Origin: Antedon mediterranea
Taxonomy: Eukaryota; Animalia; Echinodermata
NCBI RefSeq assembly: GCF_964355755.1
Contig: NC_092670.1
Span: forward strand, 25,158,795 to 25,222,794
Direction: 5' to 3'
DNA: 64,000 nt
Below the pieces are notes generated by a model, which was not told the DNA's origin, did no database searches, and was given only the letters and a program-made list of their open reading frames with translations. Of the stretch, positions 12,295 through 24,807 are shown one piece after another. Made by a program: the position numbers and the translations under genes. The stretch's first letter is position 1; each line of letters starts with the position of its first letter.

Positions 12295-12870
12295 CAACTA
12301 TAATATTTATAAACGACATCTCTGATTCAGTAAAACATTCGAAAATTAAAATGTTCGCAGATGACACAAAAATGTATTGTAGCATCAGTAATATAGAAGA
12401 TAAGATTAAATTTCAGAATTAATATTGATTTATTGTATAAAAGGTCCACTATATGGCAGGTGCTCTTAACTGGAAGCAGTAAGTGAGATGAAAGACTTAG
12501 GTGTTATAATTGACGATAAGCTGTGTTTCAGATCTCATGTGTCCATGTAATTTCTTCTGCTAACAGGAAGTTAGGCATTATTTACCGAGCGTTTACATTT
12601 TTGGACCCTGAGAGTTTTTTTGTTGTTATACAAGTCACTTATACGTCCAACCCTGGAATACTGTAATAATGTCTGGGTTCCTAAGTTTTTAGTGGATGTG
12701 GATAGGTTGGAGAAGCTACAACGAAGGCCACCCGATTCATTCAGGAACTAAGGGGTACAGAGTATGTAATGTTAGGCTAAAAATACTTGATCTTCCTACG
12801 TTAACTTATAGAAGAAGAGAGAGCGTCTCTGATTCAAGTATTTAAAATACTAAAGGATTTTTGATAAACT
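12295..12870 (+). mobile_element. Degenerate CR1-like LINE reverse-transcriptase fragment
   Basis: Frameshifted pieces IFINDI..IKMFADDTKMY, KDLGVIIDDKL.F, LYKSLIRPTLEY..VW.P and LIQVFKILKG. Confidence 0.8.
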
Positions 12871-13918
12871 GGACATTGAAACCTTTTTTAATATGTCAAA
12901 TATTCATTACAATTTGCTTTAGCCTTAATTTCAAGGTAATTCAAGGAAATAATCGGGATACCTGGCGATCTTTCCAGGTATGCTACAATAATGGTTTAAG
13001 AATGTTGTTGCAAGCTCGACATTGTAGAGCCAGCCTAATGTTTACGGAATTTAATGAAAATAGTAGGCTACAGTTTTGTTTTTTTTTTAAATTAATTTAT
13101 ACGTAATTTTACTTTCTATGGACTAGAGATTTCGAATTAAAAGATTGAAAGGTGGCTGATCTGATATTAATATTTTTTGTCAAGACTCATTGCCGGAAGT
13201 TTGACAGTAATGAAATACTAAAGCAGTTTACCAGACACAAGCAACCCATTATGTAAATATGCTTTTATTTGATAGTGCTCAAGTGTAACATTTTATGATA
13301 ATACGACCTAGGTCTATTGTGTTTTTTACTGTTATCCTTTTAAAACCTAGTCTAACGTCATAGGCTACATTCCAATGGCTAGTATATAATGGTATTAGTT
13401 GTTTAAAATCTAAAATGGAGTCGACAACCTTTTTTGTGAATAATTAAATTTCTGTTTGGATTTCAAAGAAAGTTAATTGTACAGTACAGTATCCTACACA
13501 CAGTGTAAATGAGGTTAGTATATTTATATAGATATCGCGCAAAAACAGTCAGTTGTGACGCCCAGACTTAAAACCGTTTTAAAATTCTTGTTGACGACGT
13601 GGACCCGTTTCTGCTGACAAGAAAAAATTTAAATCCGTATTCTCTTGATCAGCAGAAACAGGCAAATATAGAGGGATAAATAACATTTCTTTTTAAAAAG
13701 TAAGGCTTTCGACCACTCATTCCTTTATCCTAATCAATCTTTTCCACTAGTAAAAAATGACATGTTTTTAGGCCCTATAGGCTAATGTCAAATTAGCTTT
13801 AAATAAAGGCCTAATCGTGAATATTCATCTTCATAGGCTACGGTACACCTATATACTAATTGATGTGTGCTTAGTAGGTTGACTTAAAACCAACTTCAAC
13901 ACAGAGGTAAGAAGAAAG

Positions 13919-16900
13919 ATGACTTTGCCTAAAATATGTAGGCCTATATGCCTATCGTGTGTAGTCTTGTTGGTGTCTTTATCGCCAGTCTTTACAGCGC
14001 TACCTGGAACATGGTTTGGACAAAATCAAGTCTTTATGGTTAGTTTATACAATTCGCCAGATGTTTCAACTCAAAGCTCGGACATGAATTTCAGATAATA
14101 CTTGTACACAAATAAAAAATGTGTCATAGAAATTATGACGTAAAACATAAATTTCTCGTAAAATACGAATTTAGCAAAACAATTTTGTTAGTTAATGATA
14201 CTACACATTTGGTGAGGCTCCAGAAAAGAAAGAAACAACTCACCAAAAACGCCACGAGTTTTTTTAAGAATAAGAATATGGATTAATTGTAATTAGAATT
14301 TTAAAAAATCGTTTAAAAAAATCCCAAAACTAGAGGGTACTCCGAGAGTACAAACCTCCGCCTACTGTAAAATTCCCCTACATAAAATGGCCCCTGAATA
14401 TTTTTTTTTAATATTTTTTTTTATTAGTTCTAAGTGTAAATATGTTAACTGCACACTACAAAGTTGTGGATGACAGTGTGGTGTAATGGTTATGTGTCCA
14501 GCCTCTCACAGTTGAGATCGGTGGTTTAAGTCCCACTGAGGTTTTTATTTTTTTATTATTTTTTTATTTCTTTTTTTTTAGTTTTTTGTGGACCTTGAAC
14601 TTTGACCCTGACCCTTCAAAATTTAACCACAATTATATGATGTGTCATTGATCATTGTGGCTAAGTTTTGTGAGAATCGGGTAAAAACTGTGGTCTCTAG
14701 GCAGTAAAATAGTTTTTTGTTAGTTGTGACCTTGACCTATGACCTTTCCCCCTCAAATTCGAACTCGTCCGAGCTTTTGGGGCATAGATCATTGTGGCCA
14801 AATTTGGTGAGAATCGGATAAAAACTGTGGCCTCCAGGCTGTTCACAAACACACACACACACACACACAAACATACAGGGGTGAAAACATAACCTCCTTG
14901 GCGGAGGTAATTATGAAGCATGGACTCTTGAAAATAATCATAACTAGAGGGTACTCCGAGAGTAGGACTACAAACCTCCGCCTACATAAAATGTCCCTGG
15001 AATATATATATATTTTTAATATTTTTTCAATTAGTTCTAAGTGTAAATAGGCTAACTGCACACTACAAAGTTGTGGATGAGAGTTTGGTGCAATGGTTAC
15101 CGGTATGTATCCAGCCTCTCACAGTTGAGATCGCTGGTTCAAATCCCGCTGAGGTTTTTTTTTTTTATTTATTTATTTTTTTTGTGGACCTTGATCTTTG
15201 ACCCTGACCCTTCAAAATTTAACCACAATTATATGATGAGTCATTGATCATTGTGGCTAAGTTTGGTGGTGGGAATCGGATAAAAACTGTGGTCTGTAGG
15301 CAGTATAATAGTTTTTTGTTAGTTGTGACCTTGACCTATGACTTTTTCCCCTCAAAATCGAACTCGTCCGAGCTTTTGGGGCATAGATCATTGTAGCCAA
15401 ATTTGGCCAGATTCGGATGAAAACTGTGGCCTCCAGGCTGTTCACAGAAACACACACAAACACCCACACACAAACATACAGGCTTGAAAATATAACCTCC
15501 TTGGCGGAGGTAATTATAAATAGGCCTACCTAATGGGAATACCTATGGCAATCTACGGAGGTCTAATTATAGAGCCAAATTTTTGATATGAAATCATTGC
15601 CGCCCCAATAACCTGAAATGAAATGCTAAATGGTGATATTTAATGATACATATACTTTTTTTTAGTTTTCAGAGAAAATTCAAGGCTTCAAATCGACTTG
15701 TATATGCTACCAAGTAGAACCTGGAAGCTCCCACGAACACATGAAGTTCCAATTGACGCCCAATGGGGTAAAATATGATTTATGCCTTAAAGGGTATTAT
15801 TTAGCGAATATCACGTCCAGATACATGTCTGTCTGTAAACCGTGTCCAGAGGAAACATACAGTCCCTATAATAACGCCTGTCCATATTGTCTGGTTTGTC
15901 GAACATGCGCTGAAAATGAACAAGTAAGTAAAAGGAAAGTGACACTTTACACACCGTAGTACTTATGTCCATGGGTGAAAGAGAAGGTGCCACATTTTAT
16001 TTGCTGACACAGGGTTGATTTTCAACGTAATAGTCTTTTGTCTAGTCCAATTCCATTTCAACAGGTTTATAGTGATGTTTTGTTTCCAGGAAGTGTCTAC
16101 GTGTAAACGCACAGAAGATCGAACATGCATGTGTGCACTTGGTCAAGTATGTGACCCAGGTTAGTATTATCAATATATTAGTTTTACATTTAGGCTACCT
16201 TCTTTTTTTAAGCCATATAAAACCATAATGTAAACGTTACAGTATTATTTTGACGTAATACTTACTACAGTATAACGATTTTTTGCTATTTACGTCTCTT
16301 ATTTTTAAAATTAAAATATGATTTTGTATTTAAACATGTATAGGGCCTAACTTAATATTTTAAAATATTGTTTTATAGCTTCTACCACTGTTGGTCAACA
16401 GAGTACTACTACACCTACAATAACCACAAGTCGTAAAATAACTGCACCAGCTACAGTTAAGTTCAGTTCAACACTGCGGCCTCCAGAAGACCAGTACAGT
16501 GCATGTGATAAATGTGATACTTGTCACAATAGTTAGTTACCCTAACATACTTTGTGCGTGTATGCCGCTTGATATTTTTTTCTGCACAAGCACGAAATAA
16601 TTATGGTTCCATTTTTCTTAAATAACTTGGGATCATTTAACTTACCCGCTAAAAATAATAATCATTTGTAGGATACAGTACATATATATGCCGTAGTGAG
16701 TGCACCGGAGATTCGTGATGGCAACATCGTTTTAGATGAGTTTAGTGTTTGTATAAAGCTACAACATTCACTCACACATTCACACTTCCTCCCTTTCACG
16801 GAACGAAATCCGGCGCCGTCATTTTTGTATAAACAGTTGTCGGTCCGGTATCACTATGCGTTTTATCGCTTTCTGACCTTATCTTGATATCAGTTTAATC

Positions 16901-19220
16901 TAGCTAAGTCAATTTTTCACAGTATATTCCTTATGGCCAGGAATCGATGTGGTTATGTTTTCACGGTGCGCAATAAAAAATTACGCGGTCTACGCACGAT
17001 TTAACGAAATCACGTTTGTAATCATATCTTCACAACCATGAATCACAATTAAATAAAATTGGTACTCATAAATTTCAGGGCATAAATCATCATATGGCAA
17101 TACAATTACGTGCGTAGCGCATGTAACGCATGCGTACGCGCGCTTAAAATTTTCAAAATTTATTTTCGATGAAATAAGAGTACGTTTCAGAAAATTTTAA
17201 GCGTTTACAAAATTTCCATGAGTGCGCAGATTTTAAATGTTATTGCGCACTCTTTTTGCCAGATTTCTGTTTTCTTGACTTACTTTTCAACTCGAAATTA
17301 CGTTATACGAGCACGTCAAAAGTGACAGGTTACGCACGTGTAAATTAAAAAAATATAAATGCTTTTAAACATTTCAACATTTTTAAACATGTTCAGTAAT
17401 TTCGGTCAGTTGGTAGGTTGGTCGGTCGGTCGGTAAACACTAATGTAATGAGCACGCGACTGCAGCCATCTATATGGCCTTGTTTTAATGCATGTTTGTG
17501 TTTTTTTTCTAGAAATTATTTGGATTTTGGTTGGTATAGTGTTCCTAATGTTAGTGGTTATAATAGCCATCTTTGTGAAACTAAAACAAAGTAAGGCAAC
17601 ACCTTTGTAATTATTAGTTATCTATAAATTTGTTTAATGTATTATGTAGGCCTAATTGTTAATATGTCCAGGCGATCATTGGTATTTTCGTATGGGTTAT
17701 GGATTTTTACGCAGCGAAGTGAAACATTTTGACTTTACAGAATTCGTTATTAATTAGCAACAATCTTAAAAAATAAAAATTTTTTTTAGTTTTTCAATAT
17801 GTAAAAGCAGTTGACCATGAGATGGAGTCGGTGGTCATAAATTGTAATTACAGGCCATACCAGTAGAAATTAGATCGCAATCATTTCTAACATGTCACGT
17901 TTCTATTAATTAATTTTCTATTAATAATGCTCAATTCGATTCGAAAAAGATGATTACAATCAAATTGAAACTTCCTTTGTGTAATCATTCTAATTAAGTT
18001 GAGAATAAAAATTAAGGCCTATTTATTGAAAGAAAAGTGTCGATTTCTGGATTTAATTTACCAGCGACTTTATTCTGAAAAGCAAGATTTTGAATAATGC
18101 ATAATATTTATTTTACTATAAATCTATTCATAAATAAAGGAAAGCAACAGCACAATCAAAATGATCATTTTTCTTGTTAAGCCTAATTTTATTTAACTAG
18201 ATGGTACGTGAGAGTACCATCTAAGTCGTGCCCAAAGTAGCATATAATAATAACGATGTTTATATTTTTTGTAATTATTAATTAATACAAACGTTGAGAA
18301 GCAATTGTCAGTAATAAAGATAATTAATTGTATATGTGTTTATCTATCTAACAGTACCCACCTTAGGGCCTACAGTAAAACATTTGCGCTTTAAAAGGCG
18401 ACCAAAAATGGTTTATGTATTTATTGTCAACATTTGTTAGACACTACTTATAACTTGCTGTTGCAATACTGTATATATCTACTATTAAAATGTAACTACT
18501 GAAAGTTTTTTATTTAAATAAATGCCGTAAACAAAATTCCAATAACGTCTACACTTATTGCAATTAATAATGTTGTGGCTAACTCATGTTCTTAATCCTA
18601 AAGAATGTTGTTGGAATCCAAGAGTGCCTTGTGAGGTCGGCAACCCTCTCGAAACTATAAGGATACTTCCACGGAATGGTAAGAACCTTGTTAAGCCGTG
18701 AAATGTACAAACAACCACATTAGTGCAAAAATGGCACCCGGCAAAACCAATCTGGAAAAAATCATCACCATGTATTAATGTGCAAACATTATATTATTGT
18801 CTACATTTTATTGAATTATAGGCCTATTGAATTGTAACTGTTATTAATTAACTTGTTAGGGTTACTTATTTTATTTTGTGTAAATTCTTTTTTCTCTTCG
18901 ATATTTTAGATGTAGATCGTTTCATCGAACATTTAGTTCAATTGGTAGGACCTAGAGACCTAATGAAAATTGGTGTACAGTTAGGATTTTCACACGATAA
19001 CATAGAGACTATGCAAAGTAATAGCAGAGACATCGAAGGAGCTTATCGGTCCATGTTCACTGTTACATATAACAATAACCCCACCAACTTTGACCAAACA
19101 CTTATCGAAGTATTTAGGAAATGTCAACGGGTAGATCTTGCCGAAATGATAGGTAACGTAATTAATATTAACGCACATTGCAATAATTTACTTATTATGA
19201 AAACTAAGATTGTATTATAA
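13919..19220 (+). CDS. TNF-receptor superfamily death receptor; exons 13919-14038, 15666-15923, 16090-16159, 16379-16531, 17513-17590, 18604-18678, 18910-19220
   Basis: Signal peptide (MTLPKICRPICLSCVVLLVSLSPVFTA); TNFR cysteine-rich region CKPCPEETYSPYNNACPYCLVCRTCAENEQEVSTCKRTEDRTCMC; Thr-rich stalk; TM IIWILVGIVFLMLVVIIAIFV; death domain (DLMKIGVQLGFSHDNIETM..LIEVFRKCQRVDLAE). All phases consistent. Confidence 0.88.
14329..14912 (-). mobile_element. Helentron-associated (HINE/DINE-1-like) element, copy 1, with internal tRNA-like segment
   Basis: On the minus strand: ATTACCTCCGCCAAGGAGGTTATG start, (TG)n microsatellite, subterminal GGCGGAGGT, terminal hairpin and CTAGT. Confidence 0.7.
14943..15514 (-). 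mobile_element. HINE/DINE-1-like element, copy 2 (tandem with copy 1)
   Basis: Colinear, highly similar to 14329-14912, separated by about 30 bp. Confidence 0.7.
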
Positions 19221-20164
19221 ACAATGAATATGAATTGAATTAAAGTTTTAGAGTTTTATAGAACAGTTTTGCGATTCATGAAAATTCAACAAAAGTATCA
19301 AAACACACCACTATTCTAAAGTAAACTTGTAATCAATTATTCCGCTGCCTCCATCTTAAATCGAGTGTCAACATTTGAATATTACAGTATTAAAACTGTG
19401 TAATAATACTAGACATATTTCAATTGCAATCAATGGAACGACGGTACTCAATAATGTTTGACATAATACTGTTTTTTCAATAGAAAAATTACACAACGAA
19501 ACAGATAATGCAGAACCAGAAGAAGAGTAGACAAGAGTAAAAAAAAGAGACCGGGCTCAAAATAATCTGATATGCAACTGGCAACTATAATGCTCATAAT
19601 GGCGGTAGACGATAACCTGATTGTATCATGATTGTGCAATAATAAACGTTTTGTGGGATCCTCACTTTCATTCGCCAATTACCTTTATATACATATTTTG
19701 TTTTTCTACAATTATTTCTAAATTGTTACCGTACGGTAGTTTTTATTTTATTTTAAGCATGTCTAACTATTTAATATACTATTTTTTTTAAATAATCTTC
19801 AATTTGCATTCTGTAACGAGATTGGTTTTACTAACTTTATTGTTAGCAAACAGACTATACGTCAAATGGCAATGTCATAATCATTATAAATTAAATTGAT
19901 TGATTATTAAAACTTAAATGACCCTACCACGACCCTAAATCACTGGCAGGGCGTACTACAATATGCAAGTATCTATATAAAAATTTACGGCGAAGCGAGC
20001 GTACCATCTAGTACTAATAATTAGCATACTATTTTTCCTGTCAACATTATTGGCAAGAATCTTTGCTGGATGGTCAGAATGCTTGATGACCTGTATCATA
20101 AAATAATATAATATAATTATTATTTGTTGTCGGATAGTTGCAGCTAGTTAAATCAGTGTTACAA

Positions 20165-20215
20165 ATGGAGTCGCACCGGTGTCGATCTACAGTATTTTGT
20201 ATTGCCTCCATATCG
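20165..20215 (+). CDS. Duplicate or alternative first exon of the adhesion GPCR (MESHRCRSTVFCIASIS)
   Basis: Paralogous to 24808-24855; both followed by GTAAGTAACGCA; both phase 0. Confidence 0.55.
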
Positions 20216-20265
20216 GTAAGTAACGCAATAAGTATTTTTCTAACTCACGAAAATGTACCTGTATC

Positions 20266-22112
20266 CAGGGGTGGCGCCAGGATCTTCCCGACGCGGGGGC
20301 TACATTCCCCGACGAGGGGGCTATGCGAGCAAAGCGAGCATCACAAGGCTGGGGGCCAGGGGGCCGCCAAGGGCCCCCGGTGGGGAAGCAACGCGTTCTA
20401 GCGTCATTTGAGGTCATTTTAATCAGATTTAGGGTAGCCATTTTTTCCATTTTTTATAATGCATAAATAAAATGCTGCGTGCAAAATCAATCCATATTTT
20501 TCAATTTAAAAAATAAAAGTTCAAAGAAAATTTTGAAAAATAGAGTTGAAGGTCCTGGAAATTGGACTTATTATACTTCAAAACATGAAACAAAATATAT
20601 AAGTCCCTATCATAGTTGTGACTGAGCTAAGAAATGTTTGAAAAATAGAGATGTTAGGTCCCGGAAAATGCACTTCGAAATATGACCAGCTTTATTGTTG
20701 GGGCTGAGCTAAGAAAATGTTTAAAACTAGAGCTGCAGGTCTTCAAAAAATTGCATTTTATACTTTGGAAACATCAGGCCCAGAGGCTTAAAAAACGCAA
20801 GCGTAGACTTTTTTCAGTCGGGGAAATAAGTTTATTCCTCCCAAGTGTATGCCTGCGTACCATCTGGACTTCCGGGTGGTGAGAAATTCATGACATACAG
20901 GACATTGAAAATTTAATAACTTAGCTATAATAAGATGTTGGCTAAGCGAAAATAGTATGCCATGTTTTTTTGTTTAGTAATGGATGAAATATTTATTTTA
21001 GGTGCCCCACGGTACAGAAGGTTACTTGTAAATTAAAAAATTGGTGAATATACGATCGAACAATTAACATAATTCGTTTTTGCTGTAGTGTAGCGTACGT
21101 CGACACAGTACACGACGTAACCGTCGGTAAACTTCGCCTGGAAAATAACTACAGTACACATTTTGGTCCCTGGATGGAACATGATATCACGACCCAACGT
21201 TGAACGATTCGTACAAAGGGATACCGCCAGACAAGTGCGTACCTATAGCTATTGTTTAGTAGTAAGTTAGATCGCTGGCAATAATGAATGCATATAAAGT
21301 GCATAATATCACTCTGACGTACTCTCACGGTCAATGAAACGTCGAGGTTTTCTAGGCGCTGAAGCTACGAAGTGAACGCGAACGAATTATATTCCCCGAC
21401 AAAAAGTACCCGAACCGTCGGTAAACTTCGCCTGGAAAATAACTACATTACACATTTTGGTCCCTGGATGGAACTTGATATCACGCGTCTCGACCCAACG
21501 TTGAACGATTCCACCGCCAGACAAGTGCGTACCTAGCTAATGTTTAGTAGTAAGTTAGATCGCTGGCAATAATGAATGCATATAAATTGCATAATAGCAC
21601 TCTGACGTACTCTCACGGTCAATGAAACGTCGCGGTTTTCTAGGCGCTGAAGCTACCAAGTGAACGCGAACGTTTTTTACTGTATATTATATTCCCCGAC
21701 AAAAAGTACCCGTGTTCCCTTCGGTAACCGTCGGTAAACTTCGCCTGGAAAATAACTATATTACACATTTTGGTCTCTGGATGGAACATGATATCACGCG
21801 TCTCGACCCAACGGTGAACGATTCGTACAAAGGGATACCGCCAAACAAGTGCGTACTAGCTATTGTTTAGTAGTTAGATCAGCTCTGGCAATAATGAATG
21901 CATAAAAGTGCATAATAGCCCTCTGACGTACTCTCACGGTCAATGGAACGTCGTGGTTTTCTAGGCGCTGAAGCTATATGAAGTGAACGCGAACGTTTTT
22001 TACTGTATATTATATTCCCCGACAAAAAGTACCCATGTTCCCCGACGGGGGGGCTAGGCTCCCCGACGAGGGGGCTAGAGCCCCCGTAGCCCCCCCGCTG
22101 GCGCCACCACTG
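20266..22112. mobile_element. Non-autonomous hAT transposon
   Basis: TIR CAG(G/T)GGTGGCGCCAG; 8-bp TSD CCTGTATC; internal unit of about 300 bp present three times (about 21119-22035). Confidence 0.92.
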
Positions 22113-23634
22113 CCTGTATCTGCTGCCGATTTGCGAATCTCTAAAACCTGCTGGATGGTTTCTGTGGAATGATGATGGTGACGCCGGCGTCGACGACAAT
22201 GAATTATATAAATGATATAACATAAATGAAACCGTCTAATAATTAATCATTTAGATCTAGACGTCCACTGAAAGTGAACTCCTAGGCTTCATCCCTTTTG
22301 TCGAAGCGTGACTTTGCAGACTGTCGATTCGGGCCGATATCTGACATTTTTGTAGGAAGAATATAAGATGTAGATCATGAAAAATAAGCTTAGACGAACA
22401 AAATCAAACTTTGAATGGTACATTTTTAGCTTTAATTTTAGAATTTAATTAAATAAAGGTCAGGCAAGGTCTCATAAAACAAATCGTAATGTCTTTTATC
22501 CCGTAATCAATTCATGCATTTATTGCCAGTATGAATATTTGTTGATGTTTACTTTGTAATTCTTCACTGAGAGTGAATCATGCAGGCCTACAGCAGTTAT
22601 TATATAATTAGGTGATCATTTAGAATAAAATGCTCACCTATTGTTATTGTATGACATCTTTATTAGGCCTATTCTTCTTCTTTAATAAGACAATTTTTAA
22701 ATGAACATTCTTCAGAATACACGATGACCCCAAATTGTTTTAACTTATTCTGAAAGCCATTGAGTTGTAGATATAAATTCATACAAACATTTGACGTAAA
22801 AAAATACGAATTTTTATCCTTTTTTGTAGGTTATAACATTCAACAGAGCACATCTCCGTTATTTGAGCCAGATTTTTGCTCAAATCGGATGTTGTGACTT
22901 TATGATATGACCAGTTGAAGTTAAAAAGTATTTTTTTTATCTCAAATTTATACAAATTTCAAAGAGCGCGCAGTGCGCTTCTACGTGCCAAATTTTCTTC
23001 CAAATCTAAAAATGTTCAATTCATTATCTTCCGAAGTTTCATCTTCAGGTTTTTTTTATAACATCATCATACCATAACATTTGAACATGATGTGGGTAAT
23101 CTCACTTATACACTGTATATACAATGTACTACAACGCATATTGTATACAGTATAATAGGCACAACTTAGCACTAAGCGTATATGCATCAGCTCATAGGAT
23201 GGCATACGTCAGCATTTTGTGATTATATTATTTTAACGTACGTGCATGTTTATAAAAATTAAATGTCAGTAAAAATATGAAAATGTTCACCTACAATTCG
23301 TCAAAGTGACGAATTAAATTCTAGTTTTTATTTGTATTTGTTTGAGCGATGTCTGACATGAATTGCCGAAAGGACTAATAAATCTGAATCTGTATCATGT
23401 GAAAATAAACTACTTATTCAAACCAAAATGTATTATTTTTGTCAAGGGGAATAACTGTTTATTGAAAAATTTTTTTTTTACCTAGGTTGTTGTATTTCAA
23501 GTCAGTTATGTATGTATGTAGGCCTATATATAAACACAAGAGATAAAGAACATTAATTCTAAACCGCCCGGTGATATACTGAAATTTAATTAATTAATTT
23601 GAAACGATAAAGATGAGGAAATCTGTGAGAATGA

Positions 23635-23742
23635 TATATATATATAAATCCAAAGGCAAATTACTGAAAAAATGACAATGCTGTGGGTATCAGTGGCTGG
23701 ATCTAATTTTTTTCAGTAATTTATCTTTGGATTTATATATAT
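23635..23742. repeat. Small TA-flanked hairpin (MITE-like)
   Basis: TAAATCCAAAG..AAATTACTGAAAAAA / TTTTTTCAGTAATTTA.CTTTGGATTTA between (TA)n runs. Confidence 0.55.
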
Positions 23743-24491
23743 AGGGTAGGCCTATATATATTTATAGTTTATCCATTTTTAGATCTAAAATTGTAAAAGT
23801 TGTTAAATGTTTATTGAATACTTTGTTTTGTTTGATCTCAGGCTGTAAGTGGGGTTTTTTTTATCTGTTGTGAATTGAATAAAATATAATAAAATAAAAT
23901 ATGATTAAACTGTAACAGCCTAGTCACGTTAATTTTTTACACTTTCTCAATTCTAATAATTTGATTTATTTTCACGTAGTATCTACCAACTAAGTTTGTT
24001 AGATTAAAAGGTGTTGTTATTTGTATAAAATGTTTAATTATAATCTTATATTTTTGTCAACCATTTGCAATCCACGCAACATCTAATGAAGGTATAGTTC
24101 TTGGAAAAGTATAACTGTTCGCTGAGAAGTAGATAGGGTAATTTGTGGAACATCAATCGCGATCAATGCCTATTATAACAACGATTGTCGTAAATTCTAT
24201 TAATTATATACGAATAATCATCTTGATAAGAATGTGTTTTTGGCATTATTTGGAGGCCAACGGCATCTGGCACAATGCCGCGGCATATTATTTAGCTTTA
24301 GCCGTAATTAGCTGAAGTTTTATGAATTAAAATAACGCCATTTTTAAGTTTTAGCACGATTAAGGTTTGTAGATATGGGCGTTCAATGTTAGTCTGGCAC
24401 ACTGTGTCACAATTATCGAACTAAAAATGACCTATTTAATGTATAAAGGATTAAGAAGCTTGAAAAGAAACAATTCACGTGACATTTAAAA

Positions 24492-24544
24492 TGATGGTAA
24501 TGAGCGGATGTTAAAATGATTTTAACATCCGCTCATTACCATCA
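24492..24544. repeat. Perfect 53-bp palindrome (26-bp arms, 1-nt spacer)
   Basis: TGATGGTAATGAGCGGATGTTAAAAT-G-ATTTTAACATCCGCTCATTACCATCA. Confidence 0.95.
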
Positions 24545-24807
24545 AACTATGTTGTGAAGCAGTGGAGCGAGACCAAGGGAAATACTAATACAATAAAGGA
24601 AACCAACCACTTGCGTACTCCCTCCCGTACTCAACCGTACACGATTGTGCTAAGGTAAATACGGAAACAATAAGAATAGATCATTATGCTATACGGTATT
24701 TATATAGTGACTGAATTTCGAAATTGCTAGACAGTCACGTATACAGTATATGTAGCTAGCAGGACCTACAACAATGATTAACTAGTCTACCGTAATTAGT
24801 TACAAGT

